Origin: Basidiobolus meristosporus CBS 931.73
Taxonomy: Eukaryota > Fungi > Basidiobolomycota
Direction: 5' to 3'
Length of the DNA: 64,000 nucleotides
NCBI GenBank assembly: GCA_002104905.1
Contig: MCFE01000201.1
Span: 62,001 to 126,000, forward strand
In this document: piece after piece, positions 1 through 13,101 of the stretch
Layout: each line of letters starts with the position of its first letter
Numbering within the stretch: position 1 is the first letter of the stretch
Notes under the pieces: model-generated
Databases searched by the model: none
Seen by the model: the letters and a program-made list of their open reading frames with translations, nothing else
Told to the model about the DNA's origin: nothing
Made by a program: the position numbers and the translations under genes

Positions 1-746
1 AGCATGTTGCATGTTACCCATATGAGTTGTTGTCATCTGAGTGGAGTCGGAGAATTGCGTTCCTGGTATGGAAAGTGCTTGAATGCCTTATGTAGGTTTC
101 GAATAGTCCAGGGGCTCTGCATACCATTGTTTGAGAGTATTACGTAAAACATGGAGATTGGAACGCACGCTCGGGAATCTGTGAGTCATCGAGAATATAC
201 AGGCTCTGTGGTGGAAGCTGGGGCTGAGAGACCACCAGATAGGCAGCCAAAGACTCAAACACAATGTAGATGCTGAACATCGTTTAGCTGGAACATGGGG
301 TCGAGGGTACAATTGGCCCATTTGTAAACCTTGTGTGTCGTTCAATAGTGGATGCAGCCTGAGGTCTCATTTAAAGGCCACGTTGCGTGACCATCCGCAT
401 TTCTGGATTAGGCCTTAATGGGTGATACATTTGATTTCACCAGAAGGGCGTTCCTAGGACTCCAGTTAAGCGAGGGGGAACCCGTTGATGTGTTCTGCAT
501 AGGAGCTTCTAGGCTGCGATGCATATAGCGTGCTAGATAGCAAATTCTCGATCTCAGACTACGGGATTTCGCTTACAAACTTTGCACTGAGCTTTAATAT
601 CTATTTCGAAGCAAGGATTATGGAAGAGGGAAACCAAAGCGAGGGTGCTGAAGAAATCCCACAAAAAAACAAGCATACTGAAAGAGGAATCGGTGGAGCG
701 AATGCAGAAAACCTCGGCATCTTCTACTTGGATCGGAGATATACCG

Positions 747-3404
747 CTACTCAGCAGCTGTTCCATGGACGCGAAAACGATATAGGCACGTGTAGGCCTC
801 TTGCCCATAATTGCTTAGGACACGAAGCTGTACTATACGTATTGGTCTTGAGACATTTACTTGTACCTGGGTAGGGAACGTCTGGATATGATGCATCCCA
901 TCGATATCGTACTCGTATGAAGCCAAGTACTGTTGTTCATATAGTTTGTTCTTGTAGCTTAGGAGCTCTAGCCTATTCTCGTCAGGTACCGAACCTGTCT
1001 GTTCATATAAAGCATATACTTCGATCCTCTTTGGTGCACTTTTAACATCAATCGCTATACTGCGAGGGACATGCTCAATTGAAAAATTGCTAGGGATGAT
1101 GTCTCGCGAAAGGGAGATCGTAAGATTCCCCTGATCTCCGGGAAATGGCCAGCATTGCCCCAGATGAATATCCGGGTTGAGTGCAGTCGTTGGTGGATTG
1201 CCCAGACCAAGCGCATCCAAGCCCACTAGTTTAGTAACCAAACGCGCAAAAATCGACTTCGAAGGTACATTATATGAAGTTGAAGTGAGGGAGTGGATCA
1301 CACGGCCGCCTCCGGAATACAAAGCGTAGTCAGGAAGCCCAAGTATATCGGCGGAGTGTTTAGCTAGTGCCTTCTCCATGAGGCGGTTTACCAAGGAGAC
1401 AATCTCGGTGTTTTCGATCAATCCACTGGAAGAAATCGCTTTCAGTGATGCACTTAGCTCGTGATGGATATTGGAGGTGATCTGCTTTTTAAGATCATCA
1501 AGCTTTCCCTGCAGCACAAAGAGTAATTTTTCTTTACTTATAATTGCTCCAGTGTTGCTCATTGACTTGATTGATGTTTCGAGGGTGTCCTGAATGATAG
1601 AGTACAGCACTTGTTTGTTGTCTTTCACAATATAGTTTGCGCCCGTTTCTTGAACTATAGCTTGGAGTTTCTCTGGTGTAATGAAAAGGGTGTTTAAATG
1701 GTCAAGGAGCTCGGGGGAAACATCGAAACCACCTGTTCTACTATTTCTCTGAATGACAAGGTATCTTGGCAAAGCTTGCTCGACGCTATCGGCAATTCGG
1801 CGGGAGTAGTAATCATATTGCGAAATCTCTGCCACTCGTGCTTTCACCTGCTCAAGATCAGAATTCACGTTCTCCACCCTCGGACCAAATAAATCAATCC
1901 TCTTCTCAGCATGGGCCACTTGGCTCTTCAAAGACTCCACGTACGCGGTGAATCCTTTCAATTGATTACCATGCTTAAAGGCATCCTCAGATATTGATTC
2001 GATGACCTGCTGCTGATTCTCCGAATGCTTTACAAGTTCACTGAAATATTTCTTCAAGGATTTAATTTCGTCGGGCATATCCGAACGAATATCCGTACTA
2101 TCACGAATACCCGCATTGTGCTCTATGATATGCGATAAATGCTTGAATGCCAGCTCCAAAGATTCAATGCGAGATTTGAATTGTTCGAAGGATCTTGGCT
2201 CGGCACTTGAGCTATATAACTTTTCATCATCGGGGTTCCTATGCGGTATTTCATTCACCGATCTTGAGGGGAGGCCGAAAGAAGGCATAGCACTGCTTTC
2301 ATGTGAAGATTTCGGAAGTATTTGTTGTTGTGACGAGCTCCAGGATGGAATGCCAAGTTTTATCGAAGGCATGTATTCCCGAAGAGACAGTAAAGGAATG
2401 GGAGTATACTTCAGTTCAGTGCTTTCCATATCCGATAGCTTGTTAAGAAATTGGTGGTGATTGAGTTCCGTATGCTTGTTCGATAAATTGGACCACAGAA
2501 TTCCAGTGACAGTGGAGGCGATCACTACCAAGCTGAGATACTTCAATTGGGGCCCAGGTGCGGTTGTCAAGTTAAAAGGCGTGAAGAATATAACTGAGGC
2601 AAGAGCCTTTACATATGAATAGGAGGAACCTCCAATTTCCTTTATGATCCAGACCAGCGCGAATACCACGAGACGGGCCGCTGAGTAAACACTCTTGATA
2701 CTCTGACCAAGTCCTAGCAAACTATTGGCAATCCGTGCCTGAGTTGGATGTAAAGTTGAGTGTTGTATTCTTTGGGGGAAGTCGTCTTCCGTTTCGGTGC
2801 CTGATAGAAGTAGGTCATCGTCTTCCTCTTCTTCAATAGCTGCATGGGCTTGATTGTATTTGGACGAAGCTATTGGCATCCACTCTTCATCCTCCGATGA
2901 GGAGGTAGATTGCTCAAGAGGTTGAATAAGAGTATGTCTAGCCCAGTGTGGTGAATTTCGCCTTGGCCTTAGATGATATCGCCCAGCGACGTGAACAGCC
3001 TTTGGTGCATCGTCTATTCCATAATTTTCTGTGTTGTCGATTTGTAAAAGCTCGTTCAACTCGTCATTCTCCGAGTCTGAAGCCGTTTCCGATTCAGTTT
3101 CAAGGCTACTCAAGCGCTGAGAAAAAGTCGAGCGAACCCATTTAGGCGAATCAACATATTTGCTGATGAGCTCTTCGTCTATGTCACTTCCCGCGAGATT
3201 TCTTCGAGATTTTGGAGTGGTGGGGTCGGCACCCAGTCGACTCCGTGATATCCGCTCGTTATCCGAAACAGATTCTGCTATTCTAGAAAGCTTGAAGGCT
3301 GTGGCAATGTTGACCGAGGTATTTCCTATAGGGGCAGATGTGTTGATTTGTCTACTTGTTGAAGCTCTTTTCCACTTGGCTCCATCGGGAGGTGTATTAG
3401 ACAT
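747..3404 (-). CDS. SUN-domain (Sad1/UNC-84) nuclear envelope protein, 885 aa, intronless
   Basis: C-terminal SUN motifs (CWPFPGDQG, SIEHVP, SAPKRIEVY, LRVLSNYGQEAYTCLYRFRVHG), central hydrophobic segments and coiled coils, low-complexity N-terminus. Confidence 0.93.
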   Translation of the reverse strand: MSNTPPDGAKWKRASTSRQINTSAPIGNTSVNIATAFKLSRIAESVSDNERISRSRLGADPTTPKSRRNLAGSDIDEELISKYVDSPKWVRSTFSQRLSSLETESETASDSENDELNELLQIDNTENYGIDDAPKAVHVAGRYHLRPRRNSPHWARHTLIQPLEQSTSSSEDEEWMPIASSKYNQAHAAIEEEEDDDLLLSGTETEDDFPQRIQHSTLHPTQARIANSLLGLGQSIKSVYSAARLVVFALVWIIKEIGGSSYSYVKALASVIFFTPFNLTTAPGPQLKYLSLVVIASTVTGILWSNLSNKHTELNHHQFLNKLSDMESTELKYTPIPLLSLREYMPSIKLGIPSWSSSQQQILPKSSHESSAMPSFGLPSRSVNEIPHRNPDDEKLYSSSAEPRSFEQFKSRIESLELAFKHLSHIIEHNAGIRDSTDIRSDMPDEIKSLKKYFSELVKHSENQQQVIESISEDAFKHGNQLKGFTAYVESLKSQVAHAEKRIDLFGPRVENVNSDLEQVKARVAEISQYDYYSRRIADSVEQALPRYLVIQRNSRTGGFDVSPELLDHLNTLFITPEKLQAIVQETGANYIVKDNKQVLYSIIQDTLETSIKSMSNTGAIISKEKLLFVLQGKLDDLKKQITSNIHHELSASLKAISSSGLIENTEIVSLVNRLMEKALAKHSADILGLPDYALYSGGGRVIHSLTSTSYNVPSKSIFARLVTKLVGLDALGLGNPPTTALNPDIHLGQCWPFPGDQGNLTISLSRDIIPSNFSIEHVPRSIAIDVKSAPKRIEVYALYEQTGSVPDENRLELLSYKNKLYEQQYLASYEYDIDGMHHIQTFPTQVQVNVSRPIRIVQLRVLSNYGQEAYTCLYRFRVHGTAAE

Positions 3405-4374
3405 AATAAATATGAGTGGCTTATGTGAAGGCTAGAGATATCGCAAAACACTCGGGACACGTGAAGTCAAGTACTGTGTACCAGGCTTGGGAGTCAATTA
3501 TGATAAAGCTTTAACTATTAAAAACAAAGACCACAATTGATATGAAAGTTGGCTGAAATATTAATGGCAAATTGCAGCTAGAGGGACAAGCCAACAGCTA
3601 CGGAATCGGGGTGATTTTAAGAGTGTTAGTGTAGGTTGGTTAAGAGGGCAGGAGCACTTCTAAGTGGGTGACTCACTTTTTGGTCTATGCTTAATAAATT
3701 GGATAATAATATCGATAACAAATAGAAATTACTATAATCGAGGTCATTAGATTTGTAAGTAAGACATCAGCTTTCCGCTAACCAGGTGAATGCGCTATGC
3801 TTAACCCCGATCCATCATCATCAAATTAGGTCAGAGTGTTTCCAAATGCTGGATTGCAGCCTGGGATGATTATTCACAAATATGGACATGGATTTAATTC
3901 ATTGGCATCCAGCCCAGCACTGTGGTTATGTAAGTGTTGGTGGAGGGAAGCGCAACATCACTCCATCTTTCTACAACGAATAGTATAATCCCATTACTCA
4001 AGGGGAACTTCGCCCTTCCCAGTATACTCTTCCTGCGATAGATTGGAAATGGACAATGCTAGTAAAGGGTGGCGTTACATCTTGCCACAACAATTATCCT
4101 TCTTTATTCATGCTCACTATGTTTATTCCAGAATAGCTGTATCATAACTTGGAACCATCTCTACTACAGACACCAATGTTCGGCTCCTGACCCCCTTCAT
4201 AAATTCGCTTTCGACAAGAATGCACTCCAATACTATGCAAATAAACCAGCTCCTGACCAGTATATGGGCTCTTTGTTTATTGTGTTCGAAGTGTATATAT
4301 ATCTGGACAATAAAGGGAAGTGTTGAAAGAATGCTCAGTTGAATAGGGTATCATTGGTGCTGGTACAAAGCCGA

Positions 4375-5736
4375 TTATGCCTCACATGGATCATTATCAT
4401 TGGAATGAAGTGAGTTTTTTAATGTGAGCGAAGATTCATCAAGTCTACGTTGTTGTTCGCTGGTACCGTTGTTGCTCGTATGGGATTCGGAGGCTGGAGT
4501 CTCCGTATTGACTGATCGTATTTCAGTATCTTGGGCAATATGAGACCGTTCGGTGCTCATCGCGGACTGGAATGATAGCTCTTCCTGTGCCTCTCGCTTG
4601 GCCTGTTTTTCGTGGCGCTCACGTTCCTCACGTTCTTGCTCTTCGATAATGCTTTGACGAATCGCCTCCATGACCATCATTTCCTCAAGATCCCCACCTA
4701 GTTGGTCTATATATGCTCCATGGTCTCGCCGTCTATTTGAATGCCTGTTACTATTAGAAACTGCTTCCCCTGATAGTATGCGGGCTGCATTGGCTATCGT
4801 ATGAGATTGCGTTTGGAGTTTCTGGAAATAATCAGGGCGAATTTCGTCTAAGAATGCCTGTGAGCAACATGAAAATGTGAGCATTAAAATATTCCCAGCA
4901 TAGTTACCGCTTGTGACAACATCCGGATGCTTATAGTCAATTGCTTTCCTACGATGCTCCTCTTCATTCTCAGTGCGTGTGTTGAGATGTCGATCTGGCA
5001 TGGTAGGTCTCTAGAAAACAGCGAATTCATTACCAGTACGGCAAATGCACTTTGTACGTAGAGAAATACCAGCTCGGTTGGTATCTTGTGCGAGGTATCG
5101 TGGGTCTCATCGGGTGCTTCAAGGTAATACATCACATCCTTGGGCGGCTTGTAAAGGACTCCAAAATGGGGGCGTACGCAAAAAGGGCACCTATTCACGA
5201 AGAGGATTTAAGGGTATTTTTGAGGAATCACATTTGCGTCCTACACCATCAAAGCAAATGAAAAGGATACACAGCAGGTGTACCGGTGGCTTCAGGTCGT
5301 TTGATCTGAACAAAACATTCGGTACAGATCGGTTGCTCGCAGCACCTTGAGTAGTTGATGTTTCGAGGATAATACTATAAAATAGAGCGTTAATAAAGTT
5401 ACAAGACGATAGGTATCTACTCCTTCCTACCAAAAAACATATAGGACACTCCACCGCCCCACGATATAAGTCTGTTAAGGTCAGTCTAGCTGAGCTGTTT
5501 CTTGACCTCACAGAGCTGCTTCGACGTTTTGTTCGGTTTCGCTGGCTATCCGTGGCTGCTACTTTTAGAAACTCGAGGTCGGGCTGACCTTTGTAGAATG
5601 GAGACAGCCGGCGGTCCTGTATCAACTTCCTTACTGCTTTATGGTCGAAATCTTGAGGTGCAGAGTAAATCCCGTGAGGTTGGAAGCCCCCTCCATCTAC
5701 ACTCTCCTCTTCCTTTTTGGTATTTACGTTGCCCAT
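4375..5736 (-). CDS. SIP5: Sip5-family RING-like protein (spliced; one U12 GT-AG intron)
   Basis: MGN start; [32 protein letters not shown]; [33 protein letters not shown]...CPFCVRP; C-terminal [14 protein letters not shown]; exons joined by hand. Confidence 0.82.
5191..5270 (-). other. U12-type GT-AG intron in SIP5 (80 nt)
   Basis: Donor GTATCCTTTT, branch-like ACCCTTAAAT about 15 nt before the AG; removal gives PAV-CPFCVRP. Confidence 0.8.
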
Positions 5737-6380
5737 CACCGCAAGTTTGCTGTATTGGCACAGAGGCGAGGCTGACGGTAACTGTGTGTTAGAAGTGTTT
5801 GCTAGTGAGGTGGAATTGGGCCTTTGAAGTGCTTCGATGTACAGTTCCAGTCGATCGAAGGAATCTTTACAATGCCAATGATGTGAGGCAACTGTGGAAA
5901 ATTATGGGATTTGTGGGTAAGGCTGTATTTATAATCTTCTAATTCATCGGTCACTCCCATCCTCCATCCCCAAAATGACCACCCACTGACGATTTAGAAA
6001 CCAGCGATCATGTGAATAGAGCTATTTGCTCAATATGTATTAATTGATTCCACTTTATTTATTAGGCAGGTAAATCTGGGTCACATCTATCATCTGACGG
6101 TCGGTGATGTTGATCTACTTGAACTAGATTTCGGTCCCAAGTTCATCGACTTCATCTGATTGCCTGGCCACTTGGCAGTAGCTAACTATACAATCGACAA
6201 AGCGGTTAGCTCGAAGCAGATTAGGGTTGCAAAACCACTGGGTGTAAATTGCAGGGAGATGTGAATAGCGTTTAATGAAATATCTCCCGAAAGAAAATGA
6301 ACAGCGTATCTGTGTGGGTCGGTGGATTATATGATCAAATGATATGCAAATGTCCCCATGCATTCTGGGGTGTTTGGAGT

Positions 6381-7181
6381 CTAACTCATAGATTGCTTAG
6401 GCTTTAGCCATTCTTGAGGGAAAGCAAGGTTAACCTTGGGCTGGGGCTTAGTTTGCAATGGAATGTCTGCGAATGTATCCGAGGGATCCTGTAAAGCGAT
6501 TTAGTGAGTACACCTCTGGGTTGCGGAACAGCTTCATAAATACCTTGGAATATTCAAGTAGTTTGTCCAGCAAGTCGGAGGCATGCTTGTAGTTCTGTTC
6601 GCGAAGACGGTACTTTTCGCAAGAAATCTTAATCTCGTTTTTGCCGGGATGGTAGCGAGGGCCACAAAGCAAGAGAAGTTTGTGCTTTTGAGCGGCATCA
6701 AGCGAGAGCTCGTCGACGTTGACAGTCAAGACAACCTTGCGAGCATTGGGGTGTTCTTCGCCGAAGTACTCAGTGCTCTTGTAGGCGACAATTTTGCCGA
6801 CTGATTTAGGTGGAACAAAGGGTTTTTGGAATTCTGAAAGGAAGCACTAGGTTAAATTTCGAGAAGATAAGGGTTACATTGCTTCTGTGCTCGCTAGTAA
6901 ACGGGCGGATACTTACTGGCAAGTTGAGGAAGTTCATATTGGGCTTTTTTCAAGTACGATCTCACGTCACGGATGTTCTCGAGCATGTTGTGTCCAAACC
7001 AGGTATGATCGTTGAAGTCATAATCCGGAAGATCACCAACATCCTGCTCGGGAAGTTTGTTACCAGCTCCGGGTTTGGCGCGAGCGAGAACAGCCGGTGT
7101 CATAGAAATATGACGCTTGACCACAGTGGTGGCGCCAACTTTGTATAGTTGAACGAGAGGAGTTTTTGTGAGGTTACTCAT
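6381..7181 (-). CDS. RSM24: Mitochondrial small-subunit ribosomal protein Rsm24/mS35 (MRP-S28 domain), 2 introns
   Basis: Presequence-like N-terminus; DLPDYDFNDHTWFGHNMLENIRDVRSYLKKAQYELPQL; HKLLLLCGPRY..IKISCEKY..QNYKHASDLLDKL; DTFADIPL. Confidence 0.85.
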
Positions 7182-7971
7182 TTATGCCAGTATTCTGTAT
7201 TCACCAAAAGCAGAATTCAAAGTTAAGAGCGGGTGGCCAAAATACAAGCTTTGACTGGTGAATTTCAGTACTACTGTGGAGCTTCATCGAAAAATGGGAT
7301 TGGCAGGGAAATATCTGCCCAACATGGGGAGAAAATCTCATGGATAGGGATGATGCCTCTTGATACCGAATGGGGTATGGTCCATCTGGCGAACCCCATT
7401 TTCGTGATCTCTCATTAAGGGCATGATAGCTAAACAAGTTTTGGGTATTTGGCAATTAAAGTACAGCTCAAATCTCCTTGCTGCTGTACATAATTCCATC
7501 GGCCAACCAAGACTAAACATTGCCCAGGCTTGCACAAATACGGCCGGGTAAAGGTTTTATGATTGCAGAATGTATACACCAGGTGCGGGCGCAAGATAAA
7601 GTCTTAATATATAAATTTATGTATACATATCCTTAAAAGCGCGGTTGGAGGTTAGGAATACATGAGGAAGTGAATATTGTGACGATTGTTTGGGAGTTAT
7701 GTGGCAATGCTCTGGTACTGGGAATCCATTTATTGCCGATAAATCATCCCAAACAAATCCAACACAATCGTTATATAGTTCGGGAAAATAAGTTCTAATA
7801 TGGCGAGTAGGGAAGCATGAAACCGCATATCTACATATATACCGTGGTGGTTATCTGGCTTTCTGGTAGCACTGGTTGACTGTTAGCTTTCACTACTGCA
7901 CAGGTCTTCTGTCCCTCCACTAAAGCCCTCGTTTAGCAAAGCCATTACGTTAATCTCAGAGTACTTTTGGC

Positions 7972-8000
7972 TATACATATATATATATATATATATACAT
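7972..8000. repeat. (TA)n microsatellite upstream of the cyclin gene
   Basis: About 10 consecutive TA units visible. Confidence 0.9.
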
Positions 8001-8087
8001 AGATACTATAGCTGTAGGCTTATTGTTGTGACATTGTCCAGATAACTGAGCCCAAGTTACGAATTGTTTCCTTGAAGTTATCAAGTC

Positions 8088-9069
8088 ATGATTGAACAAC
8101 CTACCTCCACTTTGGCCCAAAACATCCTGTCCCGATATTTTCGCCATTCCTCTACCTCTACCTCTTTCGACCCTGACTCAAAGACAAGCTGTGTAGCTTC
8201 TAGTACAACCAGTCGCTCAACCAAAACCGTAAAACCTGATAACTTACAAGATTCAGCATATCACCTTAGACGTCACTTGATAGGTAAACTTATTTGTTCT
8301 AGCTACCGAAAGGCCAGGCTCTGCAGAAATTCACCATAGATATGTATCCCTCTAGAAACTACTGCCAAGTTCGTAAACTGCTTATTTCAGTGTGGAAGAC
8401 CTAAATCAAAAGAACCAGACGAGCTTCCCAGACTAACCGACTTCATCTATCGTCTTTTACGTCGGACGAACCTATCCAACAACAACCTTTTGACCGCTCT
8501 GATTTACCTCATTCGACTCAAACAACGGCACCCAGGTTGCAAAGGGGCGTACGGCTCAGGGCATCGGCTGTTTTTGGCAGCCCTGATCTGTGCCAACAAG
8601 TATCTCCATGATGATGCTTATCACAATAAATCCTGGGTAATCGTGACGAACGGGCTATTCAACCTGGATGAAATCAATCAAATGGAATCCGAATTGCTGT
8701 TCTATTTGAACTTCAAACTAGTGGTCACCAAGAAACAATGGCTCGACTTTCTAATGCTGTTAGAGCCCAAAGTTCAAAAATGCTGGGCCCGCCACGGTTC
8801 TGTCGGCCCAAGTAACTGCCTTCTCGACGCTTGTACACTGAACATTGACTCCCCTCTAGGAAATCTAACCGATGGGAACGGTACGGCCCTTTATCCTTCT
8901 TCCAAGATTCCCGTACTAAGAGTTTGTCTTTGTAGCAGCTGGAGAGACGCAAACCTTGGCCATCTCAAAGCGATCTAAGCTTGACACGGTCATGGAGAGC
9001 TTGGACTTGGCTTTGTTGAGTGGAGGCAAAGAGCGACCTTCCAGCATTACTGGCTTTCCACTCGTGTAA
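8088..9069 (+). CDS. Pcl/Pho80-family cyclin (about 2 introns)
   Basis: LPRLTDFIYRLLRRT..LLTALIYLIRLK..HRLFLAALICANKYLHDDAYHNKSW..EINQMESELLFYLNFKL; the 3' exon is inferred. Confidence 0.88.
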
Positions 9070-9573
9070 GAGATCATATCCCTGAAGAAATGAGCACGCC
9101 ACCTCCACGTACAATACCGCCCAGCGTAAGCTGAGCCTGACTATAGTGCTATCATTTCTATCATATCACCCTAGGAATATGGGGTTCAGGCCCCACTATT
9201 CGATTGACTGTAAATGTGAATCAACAAGCAAATGCTCTAACCATTTTTGTAATAGAAGCGCATCAACATATAGATGTTTTCTAGGAGTGTATATAAATGC
9301 CACCTCAGTATTTAACAAAGAAATTAAATATAAACCAATTTCTCACAACCATGCTTACAGAAGCAGCTATATTTTAGTGGAGTACAGTGTTTGACATCGA
9401 CGTACGGAGCTTGCGTGGACCCGTGTCGCGCTGCCATCAGCTTATATTTACTTCACAAATACTATCCAAGATTGACATGATACGAATACGCTATAGAGCA
9501 CCGTGGTGCTTTACTCAGAGACTCTTGCCACTTTTGGATTGCGGCGATAATCATCTTTGGCTACTGCGCCGGA

Positions 9574-10556
9574 TCATTGATACTTTCGCTCACTGCCGCT
9601 CTTGGCTTCCCGCCTCTGCTGTGCAATGTCGTAGAACAGAGAGCCGTCGTACATTTTTCTGATCTGCTCCTTGTGAATCAGACCATCAGTCTGGACCAGT
9701 AAGTAAAGGGCGCCCCACTCAAAGAAGGCGGCCGACCTGATGTTTCTCTAGTTAAGATCTCCATAAGCAAGAACAGTAAAAGCGTTGCATCATACCATCC
9801 AAAGGGGTCGCCTGCATTTCTTGCTCCTTTCAGCATATCAGTCATCTCCCAGAAGTTTAGCGCATTCCGCCTGTTCAGATCGTACTTGCTAAACATCTCC
9901 TCAAACTTCTGGGGGACGAATCGACCCTAAAACCGGGGTCATTAGAGCCTACCAGGGGTGAAGAAACTTGCGCAGCGTACCTCGGTATCGTAGACTTCCT
10001 GGTCGGAGCCATGCTTGCTTTTGTGGATGTTTTTGGTGTATATTTTGAAGAATGGGCTGGGGATGAATGAATCTTGCGTAGGGTAGGCCAGCGCGCCATG
10101 GATAATGGCTACTGCGACCAAGCTGAAAATGAGATTGAATCCCAATTCGCGGAAACCTATTTTGCCAATACATTAATGTCCACCCAAGAGGCAACCCACC
10201 CAGAGCGCTTACCAAGGAATGTTCCGTAGGGTGTTATCACTCCATCTCCGTTTCTAAGACGAAAGCCGGTGAGATATCCGTCACGATACATAAGCTATGC
10301 TACAACCACTCCTACTTGTCAAAGAAATCAACATGCTGTTGAAGCACAGTGCGCGGGGGAATATTCTTGGAGCTAGTGCCGTCAGGCTTCTCTTTGCTGG
10401 CTGCGATGGAGACACGAGGCTGGCCTTGGAGAGGGTTGGTGAGCTTGAATGGAGTGTTTGTATACTGGAATTACCTGGGTTGTCCAGAGTCTTTTCGAGA
10501 TCGCTAGGAAGGGGTCGTTGACGCACCACGTCTGGAAGTGTGTTGTTGATCGCCAT
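9574..10556 (-). CDS. Caleosin/peroxygenase (about 5 introns)
   Basis: VLQQHVDFFDKNGDGVITP (EF hand), GFRELGFNL, proline-knot-like AYPTQDSFIPSPFFKIY, NIHKSKHGSD..YDTEGRFVPQKFEEMFSKYD, EWGALYLL. Confidence 0.92.
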
Positions 10557-13101
10557 CTAGTATCAGTTGGGTTGGTGCTGTGTTCAGGAGAAAGCGAAAT
10601 ACTTTATAGTAGGTTGGAGGTTGGACGTAAGCTAGCCTCATCCAATTTGAGGATCTTCACATGTGAAAGTCATGATCCATTTCCATATAGCAAAGTTGGA
10701 TTAACTGGCATCTAACACAAAGACCAGTCATTAGATGAAATCATTGCATCATCCTCATTCCCTGATAGAGTGCACTTTTTGAAACCAATCACCCAATTGT
10801 CAGTCCAGCTGAACGTGTATTCAACAATTCGGCCCACCTCAAGCCTGGGTTCAGTCCATCACAGTCGTGTCGAGATGACGACTAACCACTCGATTCGGAC
10901 TTTGATAGTCTACAGACCAGCGTCCAAATACCTCCCACTTTATGTTGCCGCCCTAACACAACGTCATAGGGCGGCAAATATTGAAAATATCAATCATAAT
11001 AAAGCTTACACTATGTCCCCAGATTTAGTTGGTTTTGAGTAACCAACAAGGTTTCCCCATCACTCCACATCAATTCCCTGGCTGGAGTCCCGGGGAGAAT
11101 TGTCAGACTAGCATCTCACGTTTCTTGCTTATGGTGCTGGATTTGCCTACTATTGATGTTAAGCTTTCCGGAATATCACATGAATACCTATATTTAGTTG
11201 TCGCAGAGCTGATTAATGAGATCATTACTCCTGTCTATTGGGCCACTCAACATTCATTTGTTTAGAAATTTTCATGGGATATGTCTGATCAAAAGTTTGT
11301 GTAAAAGATACTGACTTTTCACCTTTCATTTTTAGTGCAATCGTTGGATTTATGATATTTGCTGATGACTATAGTTCAAATGACTTACTTTTGATAGTGC
11401 TGACTATATTTCTCTGGACTCCCACCTATACTACAAGCCCGTATAAGTGATACAGATCGAATGGGATTCTATTACTCATTTGCGTTGGGCCTAGAATATG
11501 TTGCAAGATTCTGGGGAGTATTGGAAGTGATACGGAGAACTAGAAGAATTGCATGATATTCATTTGCTTATTTATCGAGTTTAATTCAAGTACTTACACT
11601 TTTTAGAAGAACTTTGTAGAGCTAATGAAATGCGTGTTGTCTAATAAAGGTCACCGGATGTGGTGTGTATAACTTGCAGCTTTTCAATGATTGTGAAAAT
11701 CAAGATGACTTCCAGACCTTCACTAACTCAAAGAACTAGCCGATATCCTACGGACTAGATCTTGAGTAAATAATTCATAGTTTAGCAATAAACTTAATAG
11801 AGTCTTAAGGTGTATGAATAATTTAGGTGCCACCTCAGTTTATACAACAGAATAGTTGCATATCTTATGCTTCTACTCAACTAATTATTGGACATTGTAC
11901 TATGAACTAATGATTGGGTTGATGGGATGATAGCCAATACTTGAAGCTGGTGATATCCTGAAAGTAAGCATCATTCTCAAACTAGTTCAAATAGCTCCTA
12001 CCATTTCCACCATTGCAAATGATCAGTCCAGCACATAAATCTTCGTATTGTTGTTAACTTGTACTTACAGATGAAGATTGATATTGACCTAGCCACTTGG
12101 ACCATAGCTGATGAATTTTATTATTTTCCGATCCAAACTCTTTAGAAGTACAAATATCACTTCCACACTCAATAAACCATTAAGTGATTCGGAGCACAAG
12201 TAGATAATGTGGTTCTCACTTGATGATGTATTGAATGTAAAAGATGTATATACATGAAGGTTAAAAATACACCAACATTGAAGAATATATATTAAGCTAA
12301 AACTGACTCATCTACTAGATCTCCCAATCATTTCCAATACCCCCAGATTTCCCGCAGAAAACTTGAAAACCAAACAAAATGCTGTGCCCAGAGCATGAAG
12401 ATTCTTAAGGTTCCTCAAAGGTCCTCAAACTTTGCACACATGCTCTTAGGACCTTCCTAACCATATTACAAGCGCTAAATTACGTGAAAACCACATGATC
12501 TACCGGTTTCAATAATCACTTCCAATAGCTCGAAACTCTCACCGTATTATTATCTAAAGGCTTGATTATTTTAACCGAGCTTTTCATAACTCATGGGGGA
12601 AATATTTTGGGGGTTCTAGTAAGCTCTGTTCAAAGTTTTCGGCCTTTTGGGTAAGTTGCAATATACGTTCAAAGTCAATCCCAAATCACTATTCCAGCTG
12701 CTCTCTAGTCCTAGCCTAGATAGCATCCCTAGAGCATCATGTTTAGCCTACCCACACAGGTAATCTCGGTAACAAGTAGGGACAAGATTGCTACTGCCCA
12801 GGCCTGTTGGGATCTTATGGCAGCTGGCCAAATTTGGAGGTCATACTCTACCCATGGATCCAGCTACAATTCCCATTGAGTCCTACCATACTCTATTCTA
12901 TCCACTTCCTCTCTGCGAACAACATTGGAACACAAGACAACCCAACGCCAACGAAATATCGCTGATATGATGGGTAGGCGTGAGTGTTCCTCGGAACATT
13001 AAAGGTGGGCCTGGTGAGTCTGACAAGAGGTGATTACGGTTTATTCGGGAGTACAAATGATTAGGTTATACATGTAAAAGGAGGGGTCAATTTACGAACA
13101 C

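Noticed and set aside
1-530. Possible 3' exons of an upstream plus-strand gene
   Set aside because: No consistent frame or recognisable domain could be built
7627-7636. ATATCCTTA upstream of the cyclin
   Set aside because: No U12 branch or acceptor downstream and no flanking exon
9297-11840. TGCCACCTCAGT present on both sides of the caleosin gene
   Set aside because: Only 12 bp are identical and there are no other element hallmarks
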